Below are positions 53,048-64,000 of a stretch of DNA of 64,000 nt, one piece after another. Position numbers and translations under genes: made by a program. Source of the DNA: Eledone cirrhosa (lineage: Eukaryota). The stretch spans positions 92,504,001 through 92,568,000 of the forward strand of contig OZ024746.1 in the NCBI GenBank assembly GCA_964016885.1, written 5' to 3'. The notes beneath the pieces were generated by a model. The model had not been told where the DNA came from. It worked only from the letters and a program-made list of their open reading frames with translations, and did not search any database. Every line of letters begins with the position of its first letter. Position 1 is the first letter of the stretch.

Positions 53048-53243
53048 TATATATACTATTGTATTTTCACAGTAAAGGCTTTATCTTATATAATATCTCA
53101 CGTAATACCAAATTTATGAGATTTTGATATTATTTATTTAAGAACAATACTTTAACGTTGGTATGAATGGCCAGTTATAACTGGTTTGAACAGAAGATGT
53201 GAGAGACTCCTGGCCGGATATGGCCGGTTTGAATGCTAAAGGG
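53026..53243 (-). mobile_element. piggyBac-type (TTAA) MITE, same family, inverted relative to 32645
   Basis: TTAA|CCCTTTAGCATT...AATGCTAAAGGG|TTAA. Confidence 0.85.
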
Positions 53244-53494
53244 TTAATAGTATTAGGATGTTTGTTTGTTTATGGTAAACATAACAGTAGTTAATTCAAA
53301 GTTGTCTTTTTCCTACTAAAGTGAAACATTTAGATGAAAGTTAGTTTGTGTGTGTGTGTATATACATGTGTGTGTGTATATACACGTGTGTGTGTGTGCT
53401 ATGTTTGAATAGTGTGTATACATGTCTGTGTGTTATGTTATACATAAGACAGAGTGAGAAAATGTGTGTTTAACAATATGATTTGTGTATATGA

Positions 53495-53871
53495 ATTTAT
53501 GTGGTACTGAAATATGTATACATATAGAGACTCCCACACATCCAGTGAAGCCCCCAGTCCACACTGTAAAGTGGTCATGTAGGGGTCACGACATAAAGCC
53601 CCCAGCCTACACTGTAAAGTTGTCGTGTAGGTGTCACAACAAAGAGTACACAGTCAACACTGTAAAGTGGTTGTGTAGGTGTCATGACAGAAAGTACCCA
53701 GTACTCACTGTAAATGTGGTTGGCATTAGGAAGGGCATCCAGCTGTAGAAACCAAGCCCAAATCGGTTCTGTATGAGCATGACATGATCACCTGACCTAT
53801 CATTGCTCACAACAGGACAACTTGTCTAACCCATGCCAGCATGGAAGAATTGACGTTAAACGGTGATGATA
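53495..53871 (+). mobile_element. Non-coding element sharing the 3' UTR and tail of the RTE LINE (related copies at about 10490-10647, 30274-30570, 48930-48990, 49640-49740, 61960-62200; minus at 21810-21950 and 63743-63990)
   Basis: CACTGTAAATGTGGTTGG..TTAGGAAGGGCATCCA.CTGTAGAAA ... AACCCATGC.AGC.TGGAA...GACGTTAAAC..(GAT)n, as at 27905-28078. Confidence 0.75.
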
Positions 53872-54664
53872 TCCACATCAAAAAGTGTGTGTATGTTTGT
53901 TTGTGTCTGTGTGTGTTTGTGTTTGTATGTGTTGTGTTTGTATGTGTGTGTGTCTGATACTCTATTTGGAATACATCTTTAGCAGATAGTTTGTCGAGCA
54001 CTTTATAAGAGGTTAGCAATAAGATATAATATATATATCACCAAGACTTTAGCATGTTTTTACATAATTTATTAACAAAGGTTAAGAGGTGGATTAAGCT
54101 GGCATGCCAAGAGAAATGAAATAAACTAATTAAGATTACAAAAGAAAGTACGGTCGACTGGCTGAGGCGTTTGGCCAGGCCCGTAGTAATGTTTTGTTGT
54201 TACATATTGGTTGTGCCAGCGGAACAAAAGAAGAATTAGTGTTTACCTTAGTCAGGTCAAGCTGCAAGAGAGGTAGACCTACTTTTGGCGTAGCCGTGCC
54301 TGGCCTAATAGGCCAGGTGGCCAAAAAGTGGAAAAGAGAGAGCGAGTCCTGAGATCTCGCCTATTTATATTGTTTGCGGGAGGTAACTCGTAATAGTATT
54401 CTGGTTAAAAAGAAAACTAAAATCTGTTAACCAATTTTATGTTGAGCCATTCACACTTTCTAAGAGATTAATTTCATTTGTTAAAGAAATGTATTGAGAA
54501 AGATATTGGTGGAATGTTTCATGACATCAATTATTGTTGGTGTGAAGATGTATTATTTTCTCTGTTGTTAGCAGAGAAAACAGGCGTTAAACAATGATGA
54601 TGATGTTGGTGTTATAGTGATAATTTGAAGTAAATAACTATTATAGATAATAAATTTTACTATT

Positions 54665-56635
54665 TGTGAGTGTGTCAATGTCTGTGTGTAGGTGCATATA
54701 TCTGTATGTGTGTGTATATGTTAATGTCTGTGTGTAGGTGCATGTATGTACCTGTGTCTGCATGTGCCTGTGTGTGTATGTCTGTCTATGGAGACATGTG
54801 TCTGTATGTGCCTGTGTGTGTATGTCTGTCAATGCAGATGTGTGTCTGTATGTGCCTGTGTGTGTATGTCTGTCAATGCAGATGTGTGTCTGTATGTGCC
54901 TGTGTGTGTATGTATGTGTGTGTATGTCTGTCTATGCAGACGTGTCTGCATGTGCCTGTGTGTGTATGTCTGTCTATGGAGACATGTGTCTGCATGTGCC
55001 TGTGTGTGTATGTCTGTCAATGCAGATGTGTGTCTGTATGTGCCTGTGTGTGTATGTCTGTCAATGCAGATGTGTGTCTGTATGTGCCTGTGTGTGTATG
55101 TATGTGTGTGTATGTCTGTCTATGCAGACGTGTCTGCATGTGCCTGTGTGTGTATGTCTGTCTATGGAGACATGTGTCTGCATGTGCCTGTGTGTGTATG
55201 TCTGTCAATGCAGATGTGTGTCTGTATGTGCCTGTGTGTGTATGTCTGTCAATGCAGATGTGTGTCTGTATGTGCCTGTGTGTGTATGTATGTGTGTGTA
55301 TGTCTGTCTATGCAGACGTGTCTGTGTGTGCCTGTGTGTGTATGTCTGTATATGCAGACGTGTGTGTGTATGTCTGTATATGCAGACGTGTGTGTGTATG
55401 TCTGTCTATGCTGACATGTATCTGTATGTGCCTGTGTGTGTATGTATGTGTGTGTACGTCTGTCTATGCAGACATGTATCTGTGTGTGTATGTCTGTCTA
55501 TGCAGACGTGTATCTGTGTGTGTATGTCTGTCTATGCAGACGTGTATCTGTGTGTGTATGTCTGTCTATGCAGACATGTGTCTGTGTGTGTACGTCTGTC
55601 TATGCAGACGTGTGCCTGTGTGTGTATGTCTGTCTATGCTGACGTGTGTCTGTGTGTGCCTGTGTGTGTATGTCTGTCTATGCAGACGTGTGTCTGTGTG
55701 TGCCTGTGTGTGTATGTCTGTCTATGCAGACGTGTGTCTGTGTGTGCCTGTGTGTGCCTGTGTGTGTGTGCCTGTGTGTGTATGTCTGTCTATGCAGACG
55801 TGTGTCTGTGTGTGCCTGTGTGTGTATGTATGTGTGTGTATGTCTGTCTATGCAGACATGTGTCTGTGTGTGTACGTCTGTCTATGCAGACGTGTGCCTG
55901 TGTGTGTATGTCTGTCTATGCTGACGTGTGTCTGTGTGTGCCTGTGTGTGTATGTCTGTCTATGCAGACGTGTGTCTGTGTGTGCCTGTGTGTGTATGTC
56001 TGTCTATGCAGACGTGTGTCTGTGTGTGCCTGTGTGTGCCTGTGTGTGTGTGCCTGTGTGTGTATGTCTGTCTATGCAGACGTGTGTCTGTGTGTGCCTG
56101 TGTGTGTATGTCTGTGTGTGTATGTCTGTCTATGCAGACGTGTGTCTGTGTGTGCCTGTGTGTGTATGTCTGTGTGTGTATGTCTGTCTATGCAGACGTG
56201 TGTCTGTGTGTGTCTGTGTGTGTATGTCTGTCTATGCAGACGTGTGTCTGTGTGTGCCTGTGTGTGCCTGTGTGTGTGTGCCTGTGTGTGTATGTCTGTC
56301 TATGCAGACGTGTGTCTGTGTGTGCCTGTGTGTGTATGTCTGTGTGTGTATGTCTGTCTATGCAGACGTGTGTCTGTGTGTGCCTGTGTGTGTATGTCTG
56401 TGTGTGTATGTCTGTCTATGCAGACGTGTGCCTGTGTGTGTATGTCTGTCTATGCAGACGTGTGTCTGTGTGTGCCTGTGTGTGTATGTCTGTGTGTGTA
56501 TGTCTGTCTATGCAGACGTGTGTCTGTGTGTGTATGTCTGTCTATGCAGACGTGTGCCTGTGTGTGTATGTCTGTCTATGCAGACGTGTGCCTGTGTGTG
56601 TATGTCTGTCTATGCAGACGTGTGCCTGTGTGCAT
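54665..56635. repeat. About 2-kb TG-rich compound minisatellite
   Basis: TGTGTGTATGTCTGTCTATGCAGACG-based units. Source of the spurious 677- and 737-aa Cys/Val ORFs. Confidence 0.95.
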
Positions 56636-58296
56636 CAGTAGTGCAGCTAGGTTTGAATGTCTTCACAGTCCAAAGTCCATTGCTCAGCTTATTTCATGGT
56701 TGAGAGAAAATAAGAAAAATATTCACATGGTGGTGTTGGTGGTGTTGTTGTTGGTGATGGTGTTGGTGGTGTTGTTGGTCGTGATGTTGATGTTGGTGGT
56801 GGTGATGGTGTTGGTGGTGGTGGATACTACTACTACTACTACTACTATGTTTGTATGTATATACGTGTGTATATATGTATGTATATACATGTGTGTGTGT
56901 GTAACTTGTTTGGAAGGGGTGAGTGAACATGTATTTAATGCTTCATATTAACAGACAATACAGTAATAGTAATATCGGATGACTGATTGTTGTTGTTTAA
57001 CCCTAGGTCAGTTCTGACTGACTAGATCTGTGGTCATCTTGTCATTCCTTTAGGCATTGCATATTTAAGATTACATCATCCAATATGGTGATTCATTTGA
57101 GTGAATTACCTCCTCATTAAATTGATGTGTAGGGAGGGCATTGTGATTTCCACAAGCGCGTGTACCCTGAACAGAATTGACAGGCAGAATATGTGATCAT
57201 GCTGGACATTAGATACAGTGACTGTCCATCTATAACCTTCTACAGCTTCACTCTACATAACCTTCTACAGCTTCACTCTACATAACCTTCTACAGCTTCA
57301 CTCACAAAGCTGGGATTAACCGATGGCTTTGGTAGAAGACATTTACTGAAGGTGTCACATTGTGGAATCAAAACCAGGACCTGATATTTACAAAACCAAC
57401 TTCTTAACTATTCAGCTGAGCAATGCAATGTAATAGGGAGCAGTTCTGAGTAGCCGGTGGTAACTTTGGCTTCATGCTAAACACAAAGAAGAATGACGTC
57501 ATGCATCAACCAGCCCTTGGAAACCCATACTGGGAATCTCTGGTCACTATGAATTCACAATAACTACAGGTAGCTGACAGGTTCAGCTACTTTGGCAGTA
57601 AATATCAATAAAGAGAACATCATCAGAGTGGGAGAGTATGTGGAATGACAGAGGAATGAACCTCACCATAAAGCTGCTGTTGTTTTCACAAACCTCTTAT
57701 GTGTCTAGGAGTTCTGGATATCATACAGGAAACAATACAATGATACAACACAACCAATTATATATGAAGAATATAACCAACAACAGCGCCCTCTCCAGCC
57801 TAGATGAGACTACAGAGACCATGTGACCATCAGGTCTTCTCTGATTAGTTAAAAAGTAAATCAAGATAACAGTTATGAGATTGCTGGAGCAATTTTCTGT
57901 GTTGAGTGTAATTTATGAGTTTTCAAATAGATGTATACAATGACACCAAAAGCAAATATTGTTTTTATGAATTAGAAATTGATAAGACGACCACTTCATC
58001 TCCTTCCACACTCATTATATTAATCTTGTTTTGATTACTTTCAATTAATGATAGATTCTGGAGAGATGGAGAAGGACACTAGAAGATAAGGAGAAGAAGG
58101 AAGATAAGAAGAAGGAGATAAAAGTGAAGAGCCTCTTGATAGTAGAGCGTAACAATAGTTTCACTTAGTTCTACTTTACAAAGTCAAGATTCTTTAGTTT
58201 CTCTTTGATTAGACATTAGTTTGTAATCTCAGAAGTGATCTGTTCTGTTAACATTGACACACATCTGAAGGACATCTGCTTGGGATGATTATTGTG

Positions 58297-58660
58297 GCTC
58301 CAGTTGTACACACTCCAAGTACACACACTACTCCAATTGTAGACACACCACTCCAGTTGTACACACACCACTCCAGTTGTACACACCACTCCAGTTGTAC
58401 ACACCACTCCAGGTGTACACACCACTCCAGTTGTAGGTACACCACTCCAGTTGTAGAGACACAACTCCAGTTGTAGGTACACCACTCCAGTTGTAGAGAC
58501 ACCACTCCAGTTGTAGAGACACCACTCCAGTTGTACACACTACTTCAGTTGTACATGCACCACTCCAGTTGTAGACACACCACTCCAGTTGTACACACAC
58601 CACTCCAGTTGTACACACCACTCCAGTTGTAGGCACACCACTCCAGTTGTAGACACACCA
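58297..58660. repeat. 18-22-bp minisatellite
   Basis: CACCACTCCAGTTGTA(C/G)AC, about 17 copies. Confidence 0.9.
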
Positions 58661-58689
58661 TAGAAAGCTTTCTTGTAAATCTTGTGAAG

Positions 58690-59272
58690 TAAAAAATAAT
58701 AATTGTTTCTACTTTAGGCACAAGGCCAGCAATTACCCAGTACATTACTGGTACTTTATTCTATTGACCCCGTAAGGATGAAAGGCAAAGTTAACCTCGG
58801 TGGGATTTGAACTCAGACCATAAAGGGACGTAACTCTTTGCTGCAAAGCATGGTGTCAGACCCTCTACCGATACTGCCAATCTACCGCCCTGTATTGTAT
58901 GTCTATATATTGATTCTGGAAGACAGGGTGACAGGGTGACAGGGTAAAAAATAATAATTGTTTCTACTTTTGGCACAAGGCCAGCAATAACCCAGTGCAT
59001 TACTGGTACTTTATTTTATCGACCTCATAAGGATGAAAGGCAAAGTCAACCTCGGCGGGATTTGAACTCAGAATGGCAAGAGCCGTAACTCTATGCGTCA
59101 AAGCATGGCGTCCGACTCTCTACCGATACTGCCAATCCACCGCCACAAGTAAAAAATAATAATTGTTTCTACTTTTGGGACAAGGCCAGCAATTACCCAG
59201 TACATTACTGGTACTTTATTCTATCGACCCCGTAAGGATGAAAGGCAAAGTTAACAAGTAAAAAATAATAAT
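58690..59272 (-). mobile_element. Cluster of three head-to-tail SINE family A copies
   Basis: Copies at about 58695-58890, 58950-59145 and 59155-59255, each starting aaaaataataattgtttctactt on the + strand. Confidence 0.85.
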
Positions 59273-59454
59273 GACTGACTAAATGCAACGTAGCAGTTGT
59301 CTCCCTTTACACCTTGTCACCCTGTCACTCTGTCACCATGTCATCCTGTCACCCTGTCACCCTTTACACCCTGTCACTCTGTCACCATGTCACCCTGTAC
59401 ACCCTGTCACTCTGTCTTCCAGAATCAATAAATAAACCCTTCACCTCCAAAGTT

Positions 59455-60405
59455 CTTATACTTTATATTGGAACTTATTGTTTATTAACAGCGACATTGA
59501 CATAGATCCATTGATAACAGAGGTGTATATATAGACATATACAATAGAAGTGTATATATAGACATATACAATAGAAGTGTATATATAGACATATACAATA
59601 GAGGTGTATATAAACCACACATATACAATACAAGTGTATATATAATAATAATAATAATAATAATGAAATTATTGTGTAAAGTGCTCAGGTGCACTACAAC
59701 TCATCAATATAGTACATAGAATAATACACAAATGTCAGGGAAGTACATGTGTACTTATACTTTATATTGGAACTTATTGTTTATTAACAGCGACATTGAC
59801 ATAGATCCATTGATAACAGAGGTGTATATATAGATATATACAATAGAAGTGTATATATAGACATATACAATAGAAGTGTATATATAGACATATAATAGAA
59901 GTGTATATATAGACATACAATACAAGTGTATATATAGACATACAATACAAGTGTATATATAGACATACAATACAAGTGTATATATAGACATATACAATAG
60001 AAGTGTATATATAGACATATCATAGAAGTGTATATATAGACATATACAATAGAAGTGTATATATAGACATATAATAGAAGTGTATATATAGACATATAAT
60101 AGAAGTGTATATATAGACATATAATACAAGTGTATATATAGACATATACAATAGAAGTGTATATATAGACATATATAATAGAAGTGTATATATAGACATA
60201 TAATAGAAGTGTATATATAGACATACAATACAAGTGTATATATAGACATACAATAGAAGTGTATATATAGACATATAATACAAGTGTATATATAGACATA
60301 TAATACAAGTGTATATATAGACATATACAATAGAAGTGTATATATAGACATACAATAGAAGTGTATATATAGACATACAATACAAGTGTATATATAGACA
60401 TATAA
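59455..60405. repeat. Local 300-bp-period duplication plus a 25-27-bp minisatellite
   Basis: 59454-59600 repeats at 59754. AGAAGTGTATATATAGACATATACAAT units are expanded in the second copy. Confidence 0.88.
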
Positions 60406-61886
60406 TATGTTTATATATAATGGCTTCTGATTTAGGCAGAGACCAACAATTTTTGGGGGTAGGGGCAAGTCAATTAAATCGACCCCAGTGTGATATGTGT
60501 ATTTATTTTATCAACCCCATAAGATGAAAAACAAAGCTAGCCTCAGTGGTATCTGAACTCAGAATGTAAAGGGACGTAACTATATGCAGCAAAGTATGTT
60601 GTCTAACGCCCTAATGATATTGCCAATCTACTGCCATAAAGACATACATAAACATATATATGCCTTGCTGTGAACATGTCACAGGTCTTTCGGGATTTTT
60701 TATCCATCATTCAGCACTGGGGATGATGATATCAGATGCTTTGTTGATTTGGCTACTATTTCTAACAGGTCGAGTGGCCATGTAGAGGTTCCTTTTGATT
60801 GGTTTAAATAAAACTGCTATGTAAATCTATATTTGAAAGCTCACCATCCTATCTTCAATGTGAGACATTCTCTCATTAAAGAAAGTTGATATATCCCCAA
60901 GTTAAAGTGGAAATAATTCATTTCATTTGCTAACAAGACTCTAGTGTAGTATAAGATTGGAATATTTTCAAGACTTTCAGTAAATGATTACAACTTTAGA
61001 TTAATGAGTGAGCTGATATCGACTTAAACCATAATCAGTTTGGCATAACACCTAGTGCCACCACCCAGCCTTGGTTCCTCATAACTTTATAATTATATAT
61101 ATCTTAATAATGTACATTTTTAATGAAATTTTGAAGTTGTAGATTACAACAATGTTGGTGAAAGAAATAAACCCCTTTTTGTTTTCTTTTACTTTCCTCA
61201 TTGCATGTTTCGATTCACTAATCATCATCATCGTTTAACGTCCATCTTCCATTCTTTCATTTACTGAATACTTTTGATCTGTATCTAAACATAGAAATGT
61301 TTTTTATCATGTCCTTCCTGTTCATGTTCAGGATTAATATCAATCAGGATAATCTACAGGAATATCTCATTTCAACAGCTGCGAATTGTAAAAATAAAAA
61401 ATTATCTTTTTAATTATATTAACAAAACAATAATCTAATCTTTGAAAAAGTATCTCTGCAAAATTTCATTTAAAAATTATGAAAAAACAAATTTAGTAGT
61501 TGGTGGGAGCACTAAACTGTAGATATGTCTGTTTTTTATGTATATTCTTATATGATGTTTGGTATGAGACTTTGAGTTTTTATCTCTGTATACTCTCTCC
61601 TGGCAGTAGATATGTTGTATTTTATTTATTTTTTAGTCATTCTATAAAAATTGTAATTTTTCTCTCTTCTATTTAATGTTTCAAAAAAATAGATAAATTG
61701 CCAAATTTATTCTACAAATCAGTTTTGTATTGGGATTAGCTTTATATGTCAAAACAACAGTATGTAAAATCTGATTGAAAACAGGATTTGTGATATTTCT
61801 GGCAGATAGGGTCGACTAGGTATGTGGGGGTAGGTGGTGGGGGTTTATAAAAGTTCTAAACTATTTTCTTTATTTCTATTTTACAG

Positions 61887-61940
61887 TGTATAAATCCGAA
61901 AAAGAAAGGAAAAAAGAAGAACTACAAAAACTCAGGAATT
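61887..61940 (+). CDS. CPNE: Copine exon, end of C2B: CINPKKKGKKKNYKNSGI
   Basis: tatttctattttacag acceptor and GTAAGT donor. Copine basic motif NPKKKGKKK.Y.NSG. 54 nt, phase 0 to phase 0. Confidence 0.93.
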
Positions 61941-62844
61941 GTAAGTTTCCATTTATATACACCCAGTACACTCTGTAAAGTGGTCTGTGATATGAAGGGT
62001 GTCCAGCTGTAAAAAAACCTGCTAAACAAACAATTGGATGGACTCTTCAGTTGTGTTAAAGACACAATAACCCATCCCAACCCTTAGTGTTTGTGATCTA
62101 CATACACCCAGCACACTCTGTAAATTGGTTGGTGAAAAGAAGAGAATCTAGCTGTAGAAAATCTGCCAAACAAAAGTATAGAACGAATCTTCAGCTGTGT
62201 CCAAAACATGACAATCTCCCTAGGTGCCATCTGTTGAGTACAGGAATATAAGTGAGATGCAGGCCATCAGCCTATCTGATAGGTCAGTAACTTTACTTGA
62301 CTGACTCAGTCTAACCCTTACTCTTTCTTCATCAGACCTATGTTATAGATGTTTCCTGGCAGATATTTAGGAAATGTCAGCATTCTAGACATGAACGTAT
62401 AAAATGTCTGGCATGATAGTTTGTTGTCGTTTAGCCTCAGGTCAGCACTGACTCATCAGACCTATCCTCAAATGCATTCCAGCTATGACCATGCCTTCTT
62501 TTTAAAATGGTAGGTTGTGAGAGATTTGGTCGCTATTTCCAGCACATTGAACAACCATATGAAAGCTCTCTTCATTGCCTTTTTTGGTTTTTGTAGAAAT
62601 ACTGTGTAACTATCTTTATTGAGACACGAGGTCCTGAATTGAATAATGAAAATAAACCATTAGATCCTCATCAAACAATTGTTGTGGCATTGTCAACCAT
62701 TACAAAGATGACAACCTTTCTAATATTAGTGCCATGTCAAATACACCAAGAACACTCTGTAAAGGGATTGGCTAATGAGCAGAGACAACATACGATAGAG
62801 AAAACTGTTTATTTTAGTGAGGACATGACAACTACTATAGTGCT

Positions 62845-63052
62845 GCTGCCACATACACTCAATGGTGCCACATACACTCAGTGGTGTCACATACACTCAA
62901 TGGTGCTACATACAGTCAGTGGCCCCACATACACTCAATAGTGCCACATACACTCAGTGGTGCCACATACACTCAATGGTGCCACATACACTCAATGGCG
63001 CCACATACACTCAATGGTGCCACATATAATACTCAGTGGTGCCACATACACC
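62845..63052. repeat. About 19-bp minisatellite
   Basis: GTGCCACATACACTCAATG, about 10 copies. Confidence 0.88.
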
Positions 63053-64000
63053 CTGTTAAGTTGTTGGTGAAGGGCATCCAGTTATAGAAACGATGCCAAA
63101 AACTAAAGTAAGATGTCCTCTGTTAGAGCAACAACACTTCAGACCAAGATGACCCAACTTGTGACAAGTCACCTGAAAGCAGATATTGATGGTAATCATC
63201 ATCATGATGAAGGGGACAGCATTAGGAAGGTTGAGCGAGTTTATTATAAGCTTCATTACTGACTTATGGTAAAGGATTCTTTGAATATTAAATACATCAA
63301 GCTTAATTAAGATTCAATTGAAATTATTTAGGTTTTGACGACTTTGAATAAAATGACTTCAACTGAAAAATGTGTTGTTTGAACATATTATTGATTCTTT
63401 TATCACATAATTTTACTAGAATCACGAAAGCAATATATTATGTGTGAAATATTTAAAATATTTTATTGTATGTTACGACAGGTAGATTTATTGAGCTGTT
63501 CCATTGATAAAGTGTTCACATTTTTGGATTACATTCGAGGAGGGTAAGTAGAGTTAATTCTAACTTTTAAGCATATTTCTGTCAATGGTTTTTGTTGGTG
63601 GTGGTCGTGGTGGTGGTGGTGGGGGACGTTGTTGGTGGTGGTGTGGGGGTGGGGGGAACGTTGGTGGTAGTGGTGGGCGACGTTGGTGGTGGTGCGGCGT
63701 AGTGGTGGTGGTGTTAGCTCAAAGACGACCATGATTGAACATATCATCATCATTATCATCACTATTTAACGTTCATTTTTCCACACTAGCATGGGTTAGA
63801 CAAGTTATCCTGTTGTGAGCAATGCCAGGTGAGGTGACCATGTCTTGCTCATACAGAACCAATTTTGGTTTGGTTTCTACATCTGGATGCCCTTCCTAGC
63901 ACCAACCTCATTTACAGTGTGGGCTGGTTGCTTTTTGTCGTGTCACCAACATGACCATTTTAAAGAGTGGGTCGGAGGCTTCACTGGATGAATACTTTGT

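Noticed and set aside
50625-53250. Misoriented contig as the explanation for the inverted exon copy
   Set aside because: The same gap-free contig carries copine exon 61887-61940 on the + strand, and the MITE body and far flank differ from the 32.6-kb locus. A local misassembly cannot be fully excluded without reads.
54670-56951. 677- and 737-aa Cys/Val-rich ORFs
   Set aside because: Translations of a TG-rich minisatellite that lacks stop codons by composition. Open in several frames.
59755-60468. Tyr/Ile-rich ORFs (also 39850-40396, 43029-43550, 35490-35925)
   Set aside because: Translations of TA/CA-rich micro- and minisatellites.

Overview
This is AT-rich, repeat-dense eukaryotic (metazoan) DNA. 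The repeat landscape (RTE LINEs, tRNA-headed SINEs, very long (TA)n/(CA)n tracts) suggests a coleoid cephalopod such as an octopus; that is inference. The window lies inside one large + strand copine gene (CPNE5/8/9-like, C2B domain). Five short GT-AG exons, none recovered in its copine frame by the ORF track, are at 28884-28912, 31505-31608, 32977-33081, 45329-45370 and 61887-61940. One expected exon was not found and may lie in the 200-N gap at 50425-50624. The non-exonic sequence carries RTE and R4-type LINE fragments, Penelope-like remnants with degenerate hammerhead cores, a chimeric hAT with an 8-bp TSD, a full-length dead mariner, a decayed Helitron RepHel, TTAA MITEs, many SINEs, many minisatellites and a 9.35-kb array of 228 x 41-bp units with a ~4-kb higher-order duplication. 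The most notable observation is a 135-nt, 100%-identical antisense copy of a copine splice acceptor plus two-thirds of its exon, 20 kb downstream in the same pre-mRNA, between a MITE and a truncated Helitron. It is a candidate RNA-editing or splicing guide. Most ORFs in the supplied track are microsatellite artefacts.
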